DNA from: Gemmatimonadota bacterium
Lineage (GTDB): Bacteria > Gemmatimonadota > Gemmatimonadetes > Palauibacterales > Palauibacteraceae
DNA length: 64,000 nucleotides
Direction: 5' to 3'
Assembly (NCBI GenBank): GCA_039586095.1
Contig: JBDHLB010000015.1
Coordinates: 2,349 to 66,348 of the forward strand
A program made the position numbers and the translations under genes. Shown here in pieces: positions 18,494 to 29,684 of this stretch (its first letter is position 1; each line of letters begins with the position of its first letter). The notes beneath the pieces are model-generated. The model did no database searches, was not told the DNA's origin, and worked only from the letters and a program-made list of their open reading frames with translations.

Positions 18494-19303
18494 CTAGGAC
18501 GACCGCCTCGCCTCGATGAAGGAACGGATCCGGTCCATCTCTTCCTGCGTCAGCGGCTCGAGGCCCATGACCGGCATGGTGCCGTTCATGCGCAGCAGGA
18601 TCCCGTCCCATTCTTCCGGTGTGTGAGCGTTCGGCGACGGAGGCTCGTGACAGGCCGCGCACTTCGCCATGAAGAAATCGGTGTCGGGGCCTTCACCCAG
18701 CTCGCCCGGCTGCGCAATCGGCATCGCGTGCGCCTGCAGGTACGCGATCATACTGTCCACGTCGGCGGGGGGCGGCTCGACCGACGCGGTCATGCCCGCC
18801 ATCGCGAACTCGCTGCCGACCAGCTCGGTCAGCAGGGGGCCGCCCATCCGGTTTCGCAGCGTCTGTGCTCGCATCAGCATACGCCGCACGAGTTGTGGCC
18901 ACTCGGCCGCGCTGTGCTGCTGAGGTGCGGCCATCCAGTGACACTGGGTGCAGTACGCCTGAAGCAGACCGGCGCTGCGGGACTCGGGCTCGGGCAGGTT
19001 CTCGCGAGTATAGCCGGGCGGCGGGAGTCCCGGACCGAGAGACGACACCATCCGCCATCTCTGAGTCCGGCTCAACGCGCCTGCCGGCAGACCGCCCAGC
19101 TCCACCAACACGCTGTCGAGCGTCTGCAGCGTGAGCTCCGGGCCGGCCTCCTCCGTCTGGGCGCCGCAGGCCGCCCAGGAAAGGGCAGCCAGGGCCAGCA
19201 CTGTCACCACGGCGGCGACTGTGAGGCCGCTGGAGACGCGTGACGACGTGCCGTTCACGTGATCGAGCTCTCGATGACCCTCAAGGCGTGACCGCGCGAG
19301 CAT
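18494..19303 (-). CDS. Diheme c-type cytochrome, probable lipoprotein
   Basis: Two repeats: YCTQCH..PQQHSAAEW..RRM and KCAACH..PNAHTPEEW..LRM; hydrophobic leader ending WAAC. Confidence 0.8.
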   Translation of the reverse strand: MLARSRLEGHRELDHVNGTSSRVSSGLTVAAVVTVLALAALSWAACGAQTEEAGPELTLQTLDSVLVELGGLPAGALSRTQRWRMVSSLGPGLPPPGYTRENLPEPESRSAGLLQAYCTQCHWMAAPQQHSAAEWPQLVRRMLMRAQTLRNRMGGPLLTELVGSEFAMAGMTASVEPPPADVDSMIAYLQAHAMPIAQPGELGEGPDTDFFMAKCAACHEPPSPNAHTPEEWDGILLRMNGTMPVMGLEPLTQEEMDRIRSFIEARRSS

Positions 19304-19427
19304 GTATGAATCCTCCCGATGTGTGATCCGCGAGTGATGGTCTTTCCTGCCAGAGTATAGGTGCTCCGGCGCGTGCTGTCTCCCCGTCTATCTCCCCGCC
19401 CGGGGCGAAGCGCGGGGAACGGCTCGA

Positions 19428-20546
19428 TCAGGCCCCCAACCGCTCCGGGTTGAGCTCCTCCAGTTCGGGCAGCACGAAGCGGCCGTCCTTTCTCACCAGT
19501 CGGTCGTCGAAATACATCTCGCCGCCGCCCCTCTCCGGGGTCTGTATCAGCACCAGGTCCCAGTGTACCTGGCTCCGGTTCCCGTTGAAGGCCACCTCGT
19601 AGGCATTGCCCGGCGTGAGATGGATGCTGCCGGCGATCTTCTCGTCGAACAGGATGTCCTTCATGGGCTCCGTGATGTAAGGGTTGAAGCCGATCGCGAA
19701 TTCGCCCACGTAGCGTGCCCCTTCGTCGGAGTCGAGCACGCGGTTGAGGTGCTCGGTGTCGTTGCTGGTAGCGTCGACGATCTTCCCGTCCCGGAACTCG
19801 AGACGGACGTTCTCGTGCGTCACTCCCTGGTACAGCGTCTCGGTGTTGAACTGAATGGCACCGTTGACGCTGTCGCGCACGGGGGCCGTGAACACCTCGC
19901 CATCCGGGATATTGCGCTTACCGTCGCACTCCACGGCCGGGATGCCGCCAATGCGAAACTCGAGCTCGGTGCCCGGGCTGACGAGACGCACACGGTCGGT
20001 TTGCTCGACCAGGTCGCGGAGCGGCTCCATGGCTTCCGACATTCTCGCGTAGTCGAGCGTGCACACGCGGAAGAAGAAATCCTCGAACGCCTCCGTCGAT
20101 TTCCCCGCGAGCTGGGCCATCGCCGGGCTTGGCCAGCGCAGCACCGTCCACCGTTTCTGGTCTACCCGCAAATCGATGTGGACACGCTTCCACACGGTAC
20201 GGTCGTACAAATCCATCTCCTCTGACGGGACGTCGGACAGTTCGGAGACGTTGTCGCTTCCACGGATTCCGAGGTACGCGTCGACGCCCTTCATGGCCGT
20301 TTCCTCGGCGTCTGCCCACAGGGACAACTGACTTTCCGACGCGTTCAGAAGGAGCTCTCGAACGATCGACTGGCTCTTCAGCCATACGAGCGGGGAGGCG
20401 CCGGCGCGGTACGTCCGGCGAACGAGCTCGCGCGTGAAGGCCTCCGGAATGTCGATCGCCTCGATCAACACCTTTTCGCCGGATGTGAGCTCGAGCGAGT
20501 AATCGATCAGCGTGTCTGCGAGCTTCGCGTATCGGCTGTCTGCCAT
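19428..20546 (-). CDS. Aminopeptidase, M29 family (AmpS/AmpT type)
   Basis: NIPDGEVFTAP, GEFAIG, ILFDEKI, HLTPG, SQVHWD. Confidence 0.9.
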   Translation of the reverse strand: MADSRYAKLADTLIDYSLELTSGEKVLIEAIDIPEAFTRELVRRTYRAGASPLVWLKSQSIVRELLLNASESQLSLWADAEETAMKGVDAYLGIRGSDNVSELSDVPSEEMDLYDRTVWKRVHIDLRVDQKRWTVLRWPSPAMAQLAGKSTEAFEDFFFRVCTLDYARMSEAMEPLRDLVEQTDRVRLVSPGTELEFRIGGIPAVECDGKRNIPDGEVFTAPVRDSVNGAIQFNTETLYQGVTHENVRLEFRDGKIVDATSNDTEHLNRVLDSDEGARYVGEFAIGFNPYITEPMKDILFDEKIAGSIHLTPGNAYEVAFNGNRSQVHWDLVLIQTPERGGGEMYFDDRLVRKDGRFVLPELEELNPERLGA

Positions 20547-20713
20547 GGCATTCTCATCTTCGTTGGGCGCTTGGTGATCACGTAGTAACGTGCTACTCTG
20601 ATCGAGCTCGTGTCCCCGCGCGCCCTGCAGCGGGGACGTGCCCGAAGAACACAACCTACACTCCGAGATCCGGAAGAGGAGAGGCGGTTGGATTCAGCTC
20701 GAGGGAAGCCAGC

Positions 20714-22447
<1,734 letters not shown>

Positions 22448-22485
22448 CCGTATGGGCAGCACACCCGCACGCTGAGGGTAGTGAG

Positions 22486-22968
22486 ATGAAGCTCTTCGGG
22501 TACGCGATCATCACGATCGGCTTCCTCGGGGCGGCCTTCGAGACTGTCCGCCAGGTGGAGGGTGTGAACACGGCCGTCTTTCTCGTGTGGCTCGCGCTAG
22601 GCATAGTTGGCGTGATCACCGCCCGGCTCGCGGTACGACGCGAGGCTACCGACGAGGTTCGGCTGACGGCCAACATCGGGACGCTCGAGACCAGCTTGAA
22701 GGGCATCGTGGCCGCGTCCGAGTGGCTCGAGGCCGAGAAAAGCAACATCAACGTGTACGATCTGCGTCACCGAATCGACGAGCGCTTCCCCGAGCCCCTC
22801 ACCGAGTTCGTCGACGCCCGGGAGAGCATCGCCCACACGTACGGGTTGCAGGCATACTCGGAGGTCATGAACCGCTTCGCCGCCGGGGAGCGTTATCTGA
22901 ATCGTGTCTGGTCGGCGTCGACCGATGGCTACGGCGTCCTCTCCCTGACGGCCCCGCGAAGGTCCTGA
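22486..22968 (+). CDS. Hypothetical membrane-anchored protein (2 N-terminal TM helices), possibly C-terminally truncated
   Basis: GAGG RBS, MKLFGYAIITIG..., helical domain ending ERYLNRVWSASTDGY. Confidence 0.7.
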   Translation: MKLFGYAIITIGFLGAAFETVRQVEGVNTAVFLVWLALGIVGVITARLAVRREATDEVRLTANIGTLETSLKGIVAASEWLEAEKSNINVYDLRHRIDERFPEPLTEFVDARESIAHTYGLQAYSEVMNRFAAGERYLNRVWSASTDGYGVLSLTAPRRS

Positions 22969-23061
22969 CCCCCTAAACGACTCTGAGCCATTGGTGTATG
23001 TTACGAGTGCCTGCCGACGCGGAACCGCCTCGAGCGGATACCCCGAGCAGCGGGGGATCGC

Positions 23062-25245
23062 ATGAGTGATATCGACACGAAGAACCCAGACATCCCGGGT
23101 ATCTCCGGGGATCGCGATACTCTGCAAGACCTGGCAACCGCCCTCGAGGGTCGATACGCGATTCGAGAGGAGATCGGCAGGGGTGCGACGGGTGTCGTCT
23201 ATCTGGCGGAAGACCTGAAGCATCACCGCCCCGTCGCCGTGAAAATGGTCCGCCGGGACCTGTCGACCGCGCTGGCCGCCGATCGATTCCTGCGCGAGAT
23301 CGAGATCGCCGCCACGCTGAGACATCCTCACATTCTGCCCATTCACGACTCCGGTCGAGCCGGCGATCTGCTCTACTACGTCATGCCTTTTGTTGAGGGT
23401 GAAGCGCTGCGCACACGCCTGGATCGTGAGGGCCCGCTTCCCATCGAGGATGCGGTGACCATTGCCCGCGAGGTAGCAGGGGCGCTGGACTACGCGCATC
23501 GGCGCGAAGTCGTGCACCGAGACGTGAAGCCCGAGAACATCCTTTTGGAGGAAGGGCACGCTGTCGTGGTCGATTTCGGTGTGGCGCGCGGTATCGGCGC
23601 GGCTTCGATTCAGGACCTTACGGCAAGCGGCATGGCGGTAGGCACGCCGGCCTACATGAGTCCGGAACAGGCGTGTGGCTCGGCCATAGTGGACGGCCGC
23701 AGCGACCTGTATTCGCTGGCCTGCCTGATGTACGAGATGTTGACGGGGCAGCCACCTTTCCTCGGTGCCGACGCGAGGTCCGTGCTCGCGCGTCACCTGC
23801 TCGACGACGTCCCCCCTTTAACGACGCTACGGCGGGACGTGCCGCTCCACATACGCCAGGCGCTCAAGCGAGCGATGCAGAAGACGGCAGCGGATCGCTT
23901 CCAGACGGTGCAGGAGTTCGGCGAAGCCCTGGCCGCACCCGATGCGGAGCGGGACGAGACGGCCCTGCGATCCCTTGCCGTCCTGCCGTTCGATAACCTG
24001 AGCGGGCTCCCTGACGACGAGTATCTGAGCGATGGACTGACGGAGGAGCTGATCAACGCCCTCTCCAAGCTGGAGGGGCTGAGCGTGGTCTCGCGCACGG
24101 CCGTGTACGCTCTGAAGGAGTCGACCGGGGACGTTCAGGAGATCGCCGAGCGATTGAATGTGGGGTCGGTCCTGGAGGGAAGCGTTCGTCGCGCCGGCAG
24201 CCGGCTCAGAGTCATGGCGAGACTGATCGATGTCGCCGACGGATACAACCGCTGGTCCGAACGTTACGACCGCGAGATGTCCGACGTTTTCGCGATCCAG
24301 GATGAGATCACCGACAACATCGTGCGCGCGTTGAGGGTGATTCTGAGCGACGCGGAGCGTCAGGCGCTGGCGCGAGTCCCGACGGCCGATATCGGCGCGT
24401 ACGAGCAGTACCTGCGCGGCAGACAGTACTTCCATCACCGGCGAAAGAAGAGCCTGGAGTTCGCCCGTGAGATGTTCTACCGAGCGATCGAGATCGATCC
24501 GGACTTCGCGCTCGCACACGCCGGCGTGGCGGACTGCTGCTCGCTGCTCGTGCACTGGTACGGCGAGACGGATGAGGCAACGCTCGCAGAGGCTGAGGCG
24601 GCGAGTCAGAAAGCGCTCGAGCTGAACCCCGATCTCCCGGAGGGTCACGCGGCCCGCGGGATCGTCTTGTGGCAGATGGGACAGCTGGACGAGTCGGAGG
24701 CGGAGTTTGCGACCGCGATACGTTTGGATCCACGCCAGTTCAACGCGCGCTACTTCCACGCCCGCCAGTGCTATGAGCAAGGTCGTCTGGAGGAAGCGGT
24801 TCGCCTGTTCGAGGAAGCGAGCGACGTACGTGACGATCACGAGGCGCGATACTTCGCTGCCCAGACGTACACCGCCCTCGAGCGACCCGACGACGCCGAT
24901 GCCGCCTACCGCCGGGCGCTTCCGGTGATCGAGAAGCATCTCGCGCTCAACCCGGACGACGCGCGCGCCGTAACAATGGGAGCCGTCTGTCTCAGTCGCC
25001 TGGGCCACCGAACGGCGGGGCTCGAGTGGGCAGAGCGGGCCCACTCGATCGATCCGGAAGACGGGGCCATCGCCTACAACGTGGCCTGCCTCTATGCACT
25101 CGAGGGCGAGGTCGACAAGGCGCTCGACTTTCTGGAAGCGGCCGTCGGCGCTGGCTTCGGGAACCGTGACTGGATGGAGCACGATCCGGATCTGGAGAGC
25201 TTGCGGGAGCATCCTCGCTTCCAGGCGCTGCCGTGGAGGCAATAG
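23062..25245 (+). CDS. Ser/Thr protein kinase with TolB-like N-domain and TPR repeats
   Basis: IGRGATGVVY, VAVK, HRDVKPEN, DFG, GTPAYMSPE; SLAVLPFDNLS..YLSDGLTEELI; YNVACLYA. Confidence 0.93.
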   Translation: MSDIDTKNPDIPGISGDRDTLQDLATALEGRYAIREEIGRGATGVVYLAEDLKHHRPVAVKMVRRDLSTALAADRFLREIEIAATLRHPHILPIHDSGRAGDLLYYVMPFVEGEALRTRLDREGPLPIEDAVTIAREVAGALDYAHRREVVHRDVKPENILLEEGHAVVVDFGVARGIGAASIQDLTASGMAVGTPAYMSPEQACGSAIVDGRSDLYSLACLMYEMLTGQPPFLGADARSVLARHLLDDVPPLTTLRRDVPLHIRQALKRAMQKTAADRFQTVQEFGEALAAPDAERDETALRSLAVLPFDNLSGLPDDEYLSDGLTEELINALSKLEGLSVVSRTAVYALKESTGDVQEIAERLNVGSVLEGSVRRAGSRLRVMARLIDVADGYNRWSERYDREMSDVFAIQDEITDNIVRALRVILSDAERQALARVPTADIGAYEQYLRGRQYFHHRRKKSLEFAREMFYRAIEIDPDFALAHAGVADCCSLLVHWYGETDEATLAEAEAASQKALELNPDLPEGHAARGIVLWQMGQLDESEAEFATAIRLDPRQFNARYFHARQCYEQGRLEEAVRLFEEASDVRDDHEARYFAAQTYTALERPDDADAAYRRALPVIEKHLALNPDDARAVTMGAVCLSRLGHRTAGLEWAERAHSIDPEDGAIAYNVACLYALEGEVDKALDFLEAAVGAGFGNRDWMEHDPDLESLREHPRFQALPWRQ

Positions 25246-25297
25246 CCGACCGAGCGCGTACATGGTGCCCACCGCCACGACAGGAGAGGAGGTAGCC

Positions 25298-27058
25298 GTG
25301 AAACGCGGTTCCGCGACTTGGAGATCTGCTACGCTCATGTCCGTCACGACGTTGCTGGCGCCGGGCTGGATCGCCTGCGGTGCGTCCGAAGAGGTGTCGA
25401 GCCGTGTGGAGTTTGCGGTACGCTTCGACTCGGCCGTGGTCGAGCGGCCCGTGGATGGCCGTGTCGTTCTCATCCTGGCGACCGACGAGGAGCGTGAACC
25501 GCGATTTCAGGTCGGACCGGGTCTGGGTGCGCCTCAGGTCTTCGGCATCGATGTGGAGGGACTGGCGCCGGGAGACGAGGCCGTGATCGGCGGCGACGTG
25601 TTCGGGTTCCCCAGGACGAGCCTGTCCGAGGTGCCACCGGGCGAGTACGTCCTGCAGGCCGTGCTCCACATGTACGAGACGTTCCAGCTGGCCAGCGGCG
25701 ACACGGTGAAGCTGCCGATGGACCGCGGGGAAGGGCAGCACTGGAATCGAGCGCCCGGCAACCTGTACAGCACGCCGCGCCGGGTCCGGGTCGACCCGTC
25801 CGGGTCCGGGCGCATCGAGATCACGCTGGACCAGGTCATTCCCCCGATCGAGCCTCCCGAGGACACGAAGTACGTGCGCCATGTCCAAATCCAGAGTGAT
25901 CTGCTCACCGAGTTCTGGGGTCGTCCGATGTACCTCGGAGCCCACGTGCTTCTCCCCGAAGGCTTCGATGAGCACCCGGAAGCTCGCTATCCGTTGATGG
26001 TCTTCCACGGCCACTTCCCGTACGACTTCGGTGGCTTCCGCACGGAGCCGCCGGATCCTGACCTCGAGTGCGAGTACAACGCCCGCTTCGACGTCGAGTG
26101 CTACAACCGTTTCGTGCAGCAGGAGGCGTACGACTTCTACCAGCGCTGGACCAGTGACGACTTCCCCCGCTTCCTCATCATCGAGATCCAGCACGCCAAC
26201 CCGTACTACGACGACTCCTATGCCGTGAACTCGGCGAACCTGGGTCCGTACGGGGACGCCATCACTTACGAGCTCATCCCGTACATCGAGAGAGAGTTTC
26301 GGGGCATCGGTGAGGGTTGGGCGCGTTTCCTTTACGGCGGATCCACCGGCGGCTGGGAGGCGCTGGCCGTTCAGGTCTTCTATCCCGACGAGTACAACGG
26401 GACCTTCGCCGCCTGTCCCGATCCGATCGACTTCCGGGCCTACATGCTGATCGACATCTACGAGGACGAGAACGCCTACCACGACCGGGGGCCTTTCAAG
26501 CAGATCGAACGCCCCGCCCACCGCGACTGGCTGGGTGAGGTCGACATCACGATCGAGGACTACAACCACATGGAGCTGGTCCTGGGCACGAAGAACCGCT
26601 CCGGCGATCAGTTCGACATCTGGGAAGCGGTCTACTCGCCCATGGGGGACGACGGCTACCCGAGACGTCTGTGGGACAAGCGGACAGGAGATATCGACCC
26701 CGAAGTGGCTGCGTACTGGAGAGAGAACTACGACCTGCGGCACATCATGGAACGCGACTGGGCGACCCTGGGGCCGAAGCTGGAGGGCAAGGTCCACATC
26801 TACGTCGGGGATATGGACAACTACTACCTGAACAACGCCGTGTACCTGGCCGAGGAGTTTCTCGAGGGTACGACCGATCCCTACTACGCCGGAGAGGTCG
26901 ACTACGGGGACCGGGCCGAGCACTGTTGGAACGGCGACCAGGAGAACCCGAACCATGTTTCCCGGCTTCGCTACAACACGATGTATGTGCCGAAAACTCT
27001 CGAGCGCATGTGGAAGACGGCCCCGCCCGGCGCCGACCTCACGAGCTGGCGGTACTGA
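25298..27058 (+). CDS. Secreted alpha/beta hydrolase (putative esterase)
   Basis: GGAGG RBS with GTG start; VLLPEGF..HPEARYP, nucleophile elbow GGSTGG, VGDMDNYYL, AEHCW. Confidence 0.75.
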   Translation: MKRGSATWRSATLMSVTTLLAPGWIACGASEEVSSRVEFAVRFDSAVVERPVDGRVVLILATDEEREPRFQVGPGLGAPQVFGIDVEGLAPGDEAVIGGDVFGFPRTSLSEVPPGEYVLQAVLHMYETFQLASGDTVKLPMDRGEGQHWNRAPGNLYSTPRRVRVDPSGSGRIEITLDQVIPPIEPPEDTKYVRHVQIQSDLLTEFWGRPMYLGAHVLLPEGFDEHPEARYPLMVFHGHFPYDFGGFRTEPPDPDLECEYNARFDVECYNRFVQQEAYDFYQRWTSDDFPRFLIIEIQHANPYYDDSYAVNSANLGPYGDAITYELIPYIEREFRGIGEGWARFLYGGSTGGWEALAVQVFYPDEYNGTFAACPDPIDFRAYMLIDIYEDENAYHDRGPFKQIERPAHRDWLGEVDITIEDYNHMELVLGTKNRSGDQFDIWEAVYSPMGDDGYPRRLWDKRTGDIDPEVAAYWRENYDLRHIMERDWATLGPKLEGKVHIYVGDMDNYYLNNAVYLAEEFLEGTTDPYYAGEVDYGDRAEHCWNGDQENPNHVSRLRYNTMYVPKTLERMWKTAPPGADLTSWRY

Positions 27059-27244
27059 GCGCCAGCCGGACCCCGCGCCTCGCGGCCGACTGACGAACTA
27101 GGCGCGGCCGCGCTGCGGGCACAGCCCGTGACGGGCTTCGCATTCTTTTCACAATCTGACGAAAAGGTTGCGCGGATCGGGCGGCGACCCGGCCCCGCGA
27201 TCGTGGCGCAACGCTATCACGGGCGAGGTCGCCGAGCCCCGTGG

Positions 27245-27257
27245 TTGCAAGGACTTG
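27245..27257 (+). promoter_or_regulatory. Possible IHF-like site
   Basis: TTGCAAGGACTTG against WATCAANNNNTTR (2 mismatches), ~60 bp upstream of the candidate sigma-54 promoter. Confidence 0.3.
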
Positions 27258-27318
27258 TACGCACCTTCCCTCCATGTGATTTGGAGAGTGCCGCCGCTGC
27301 TGTGACGCCGGGCGCGCG

Positions 27319-27334
27319 TGGCATACCGACTGCT
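27319..27334 (+). promoter_or_regulatory. Putative sigma-54 promoter of the rml operon
   Basis: TGGCATACCGACTGCT has the GG-N10-GC spacing; an AAGGA RBS follows ~25 bp downstream. Confidence 0.5.
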
Positions 27335-27372
27335 TCCCTTTCCCTCGGGCTGGGAAAGGACCAATTGGGATC

Positions 27373-27468
27373 TTGAACCGGACGGTACTCGTGACGGGTG
27401 GAGCCGAATTCATCGGCTCGGCTCTCATCGGCACATACGGAGGGGAGCGTCTGGGGGTCGTCGCATGA
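27373..27468 (+). pseudogene. rfbB: dTDP-glucose 4,6-dehydratase (rmlB/rfbB) remnant with an internal deletion
   Basis: 31-aa frame LNRTVLVTGGAEFIGSALI-GTYGGERLGVVA*: RmlB-type N-terminus (GxxGxxG mutated to GGAEFIG) joined to an RmlB-type C-terminus (YxGERLG); its TGA overlaps the rfbA ATG. Confidence 0.75.
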
Positions 27469-28409
27469 CGGATACGGCTGTCGGCGGGCTCGCCAAACGT
27501 GCGGGCGGACGGAAGCCGAAGAGCGCGACGGCTCGCAGGGGAATACTCCTGGCCGGCGGCTCGGGCACCCGGCTGTATCCGTTGACCCGAGTCGTCAGCA
27601 AGCAGCTGCTGGCCGTCTACGACAAGCCGCTCGTCTGCTACCCGCTGTCAACGCTCATGCTGGCCAACATCCGGGACGTGCTCGTGATCACGACGCCCGG
27701 TGACACAGCGCTGTTCCAGAATCTGCTCGGCGACGGATCCCAGTGGGGAATCCGTCTTTCGTACGCCGTGCAGCGGACGCCCGATGGCATCGCGCAAGCG
27801 CTCCTCATCGCGAAGGAGCATCTGGCGGGTCAGCCATCCGCGCTCGTGCTCGGCGACAGCATCTTCTACGGCCACGGCCTGACGGAACGCCTCCAGTCGG
27901 CTGCAGCGACGCCGGACGGAGCCACGCTGTTCGGCTACCGTGTGCGGGACCCTGAACGGTACGGAGTGGCAGAGTTCGGCGAGGACGGGCAGATAGTCGG
28001 GTTGGAAGAAAAGCCCGAGCTCCCGCGGTCCAACTACGCCGTGACGGGTCTCTATTTCTACGACGGACGGGCAGCCGACCTGGCGGCCGAACTCCGGCCT
28101 TCTGCGCGAGGCGAGCTCGAGATCACCGATCTGAACCGACGATATCTGGAGCTTGGCCAGCTGCGTCTCGAGTGCCTGGGGCGTGGTGACGCGTGGCTGG
28201 ACACCGGTACACCGGGCTCCCTTCTGGAGGCCGCGAACTTCATCCGCACCATGGAGGAACGACAGGGTCTGAAGATCGCTTGCCTGGAGGAGGTTGCCTA
28301 TCGCATGGGCTTCATCGACCTGCAAGGCCTCGAGCGTGCCGCCTGTCCATACGGCGATTCCGCGTATGGCCGCTATATCCGCGAGCTCATCAGGAACGAG
28401 GCGACCTGA
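27465..28409 (+). CDS. rfbA: Glucose-1-phosphate thymidylyltransferase (RmlA)
   Basis: GILLAGGSGTRLYP, SKQLL.VYDKP, EEKP, SARGELEITD, WLDTGT. Confidence 0.93.
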   Translation: MTDTAVGGLAKRAGGRKPKSATARRGILLAGGSGTRLYPLTRVVSKQLLAVYDKPLVCYPLSTLMLANIRDVLVITTPGDTALFQNLLGDGSQWGIRLSYAVQRTPDGIAQALLIAKEHLAGQPSALVLGDSIFYGHGLTERLQSAAATPDGATLFGYRVRDPERYGVAEFGEDGQIVGLEEKPELPRSNYAVTGLYFYDGRAADLAAELRPSARGELEITDLNRRYLELGQLRLECLGRGDAWLDTGTPGSLLEAANFIRTMEERQGLKIACLEEVAYRMGFIDLQGLERAACPYGDSAYGRYIRELIRNEAT

Positions 28410-28428
28410 CGGTGGGCGAGGCGGACTG

Positions 28429-28650
28429 GTGCACTGCCGGACCTATGACGAACTGCCGAATCCCATTCTGATAGAACGGGACCTGCGCGAGAACGATCGG
28501 GGCAGGTTCGTCGAGACTCGGCATGAGCAGAAATACCGCGATCGCGGGCTAGGAGTCCGATTCGTGCTGGCGTACAGCTCGCACTCGCGGCACAGGGTGA
28601 GAGCTTCGAGAACCTGAGAGAACGTGCGCTGCTGCCTGAGTATCGAGTCG
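28429..28650 (+). pseudogene. rfbC: dTDP-4-dehydrorhamnose 3,5-epimerase (rmlC/rfbC) remnant
   Basis: ELPNPILIERDLRENDRGRFVETRHEQKY..GLGVRFVLAYSSHSRHRV is a degenerate RmlC N-terminus, with a stop at 28617. SFENLRERALLPEY in another frame resembles an RmlC C-terminus. Lies between rfbA and rfbD. Confidence 0.7.
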
Positions 28651-28670
28651 AATCAAGGGGGGGTGGGGAC

Positions 28671-29594
28671 GTGGTGACGCTGCTGACTGGCCGGACGGGC
28701 CAGCTTGGACGGGCGCTCGCGCCTCGGCTGTCGGAATTCGGACCCGTCGTGGCGCCGCCACGCGCAGAACTGGATCTGACCGACGCCGGCGCGATCGCGC
28801 GAGTGATGCGACGGGTACAGCCCGATCTGATCGTCAACGTGGCCGCCTACACCGCCGTCGACAGAGCGGAAACCGAGCGCGATGTGGCGTTGGCGACGAA
28901 CAGCCGGGCGCCAGGGATGCTCGCCCGCGAGGCCGTGCGTCACGGGACCGCCGTCGTTCACTTCTCGACCGATTACGTCTTCGATGGTGCGAAGGAAGGT
29001 GCCTACGAGGAGACGGATGAACCGGCTCCGCTCAGCTGGTATGGAGAGACCAAACTCGCCGGAGAGCGCGCCGTGCAGCGATCCGGGGCGCCTTATCTCA
29101 TCTTCCGCCTGAGCTGGGTATACAGTCTCCGCGGCCCGAGCTTTCTGCGCACGATGCTGCGGCTGTTCGCCGAGCAGGATGTCATCCGGGTCGTCGATGA
29201 TCAGCACGGCAGCCCGACTTGGTCTTCCGCGATTGCCGAGGGTGTGGTGGCCGCCGTGGAGCGGACGACCCGGTCTTCGGGTGGCGTGGCGGCCGGAGTC
29301 CGGGCAGTGCAGGGGACCTATCACCTCAGCGCTGCCGGACGAACCACCTGGTATGGCTTCGCCTCCCGTATTCTCGAGTACGCCCGTTCTTCGCCGGCAG
29401 TGGGTCACAGTCTCGCGACTCGGATCGATCCGATCTCGTCCGAGCGGTACCCGCTTCCCGCCCCCAGACCGCAAAACAGCGTGCTGGCGAACCGCCGATT
29501 CCGAGACACGTTCGGCCTTTCGCTCCCGAGTTGGGACGACCAGTTGGAGGATTGCCTGTCAGAGCTCTCCAAAGCCGCCGTCGCCGTCGCCTGA
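28671..29594 (+). CDS. rfbD: dTDP-4-dehydrorhamnose reductase (RmlD)
   Basis: TGRTGQLG, AAYTAVDRAE, HFSTDYVFDG, YGETK, DQHGSPT, APRPQNSVL. Confidence 0.92.
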   Translation: MVTLLTGRTGQLGRALAPRLSEFGPVVAPPRAELDLTDAGAIARVMRRVQPDLIVNVAAYTAVDRAETERDVALATNSRAPGMLAREAVRHGTAVVHFSTDYVFDGAKEGAYEETDEPAPLSWYGETKLAGERAVQRSGAPYLIFRLSWVYSLRGPSFLRTMLRLFAEQDVIRVVDDQHGSPTWSSAIAEGVVAAVERTTRSSGGVAAGVRAVQGTYHLSAAGRTTWYGFASRILEYARSSPAVGHSLATRIDPISSERYPLPAPRPQNSVLANRRFRDTFGLSLPSWDDQLEDCLSELSKAAVAVA

Positions 29595-29684
29595 GCGCGC
29601 CGGTCTTGCGGCATGAAGTCGTGCGACGTATCGGAGGGATAGAACGCCTTCTCAGTTCCGCAGAGAGCCACGCGGGAGATTCCC

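Noticed and set aside
24992-26956. 654-aa minus-strand ORF (also 4940-6616, 10495-11868, 23827-25473, 51317-52789, 56390-57697)
   Set aside because: All lie opposite well-supported genes and have shadow-like composition
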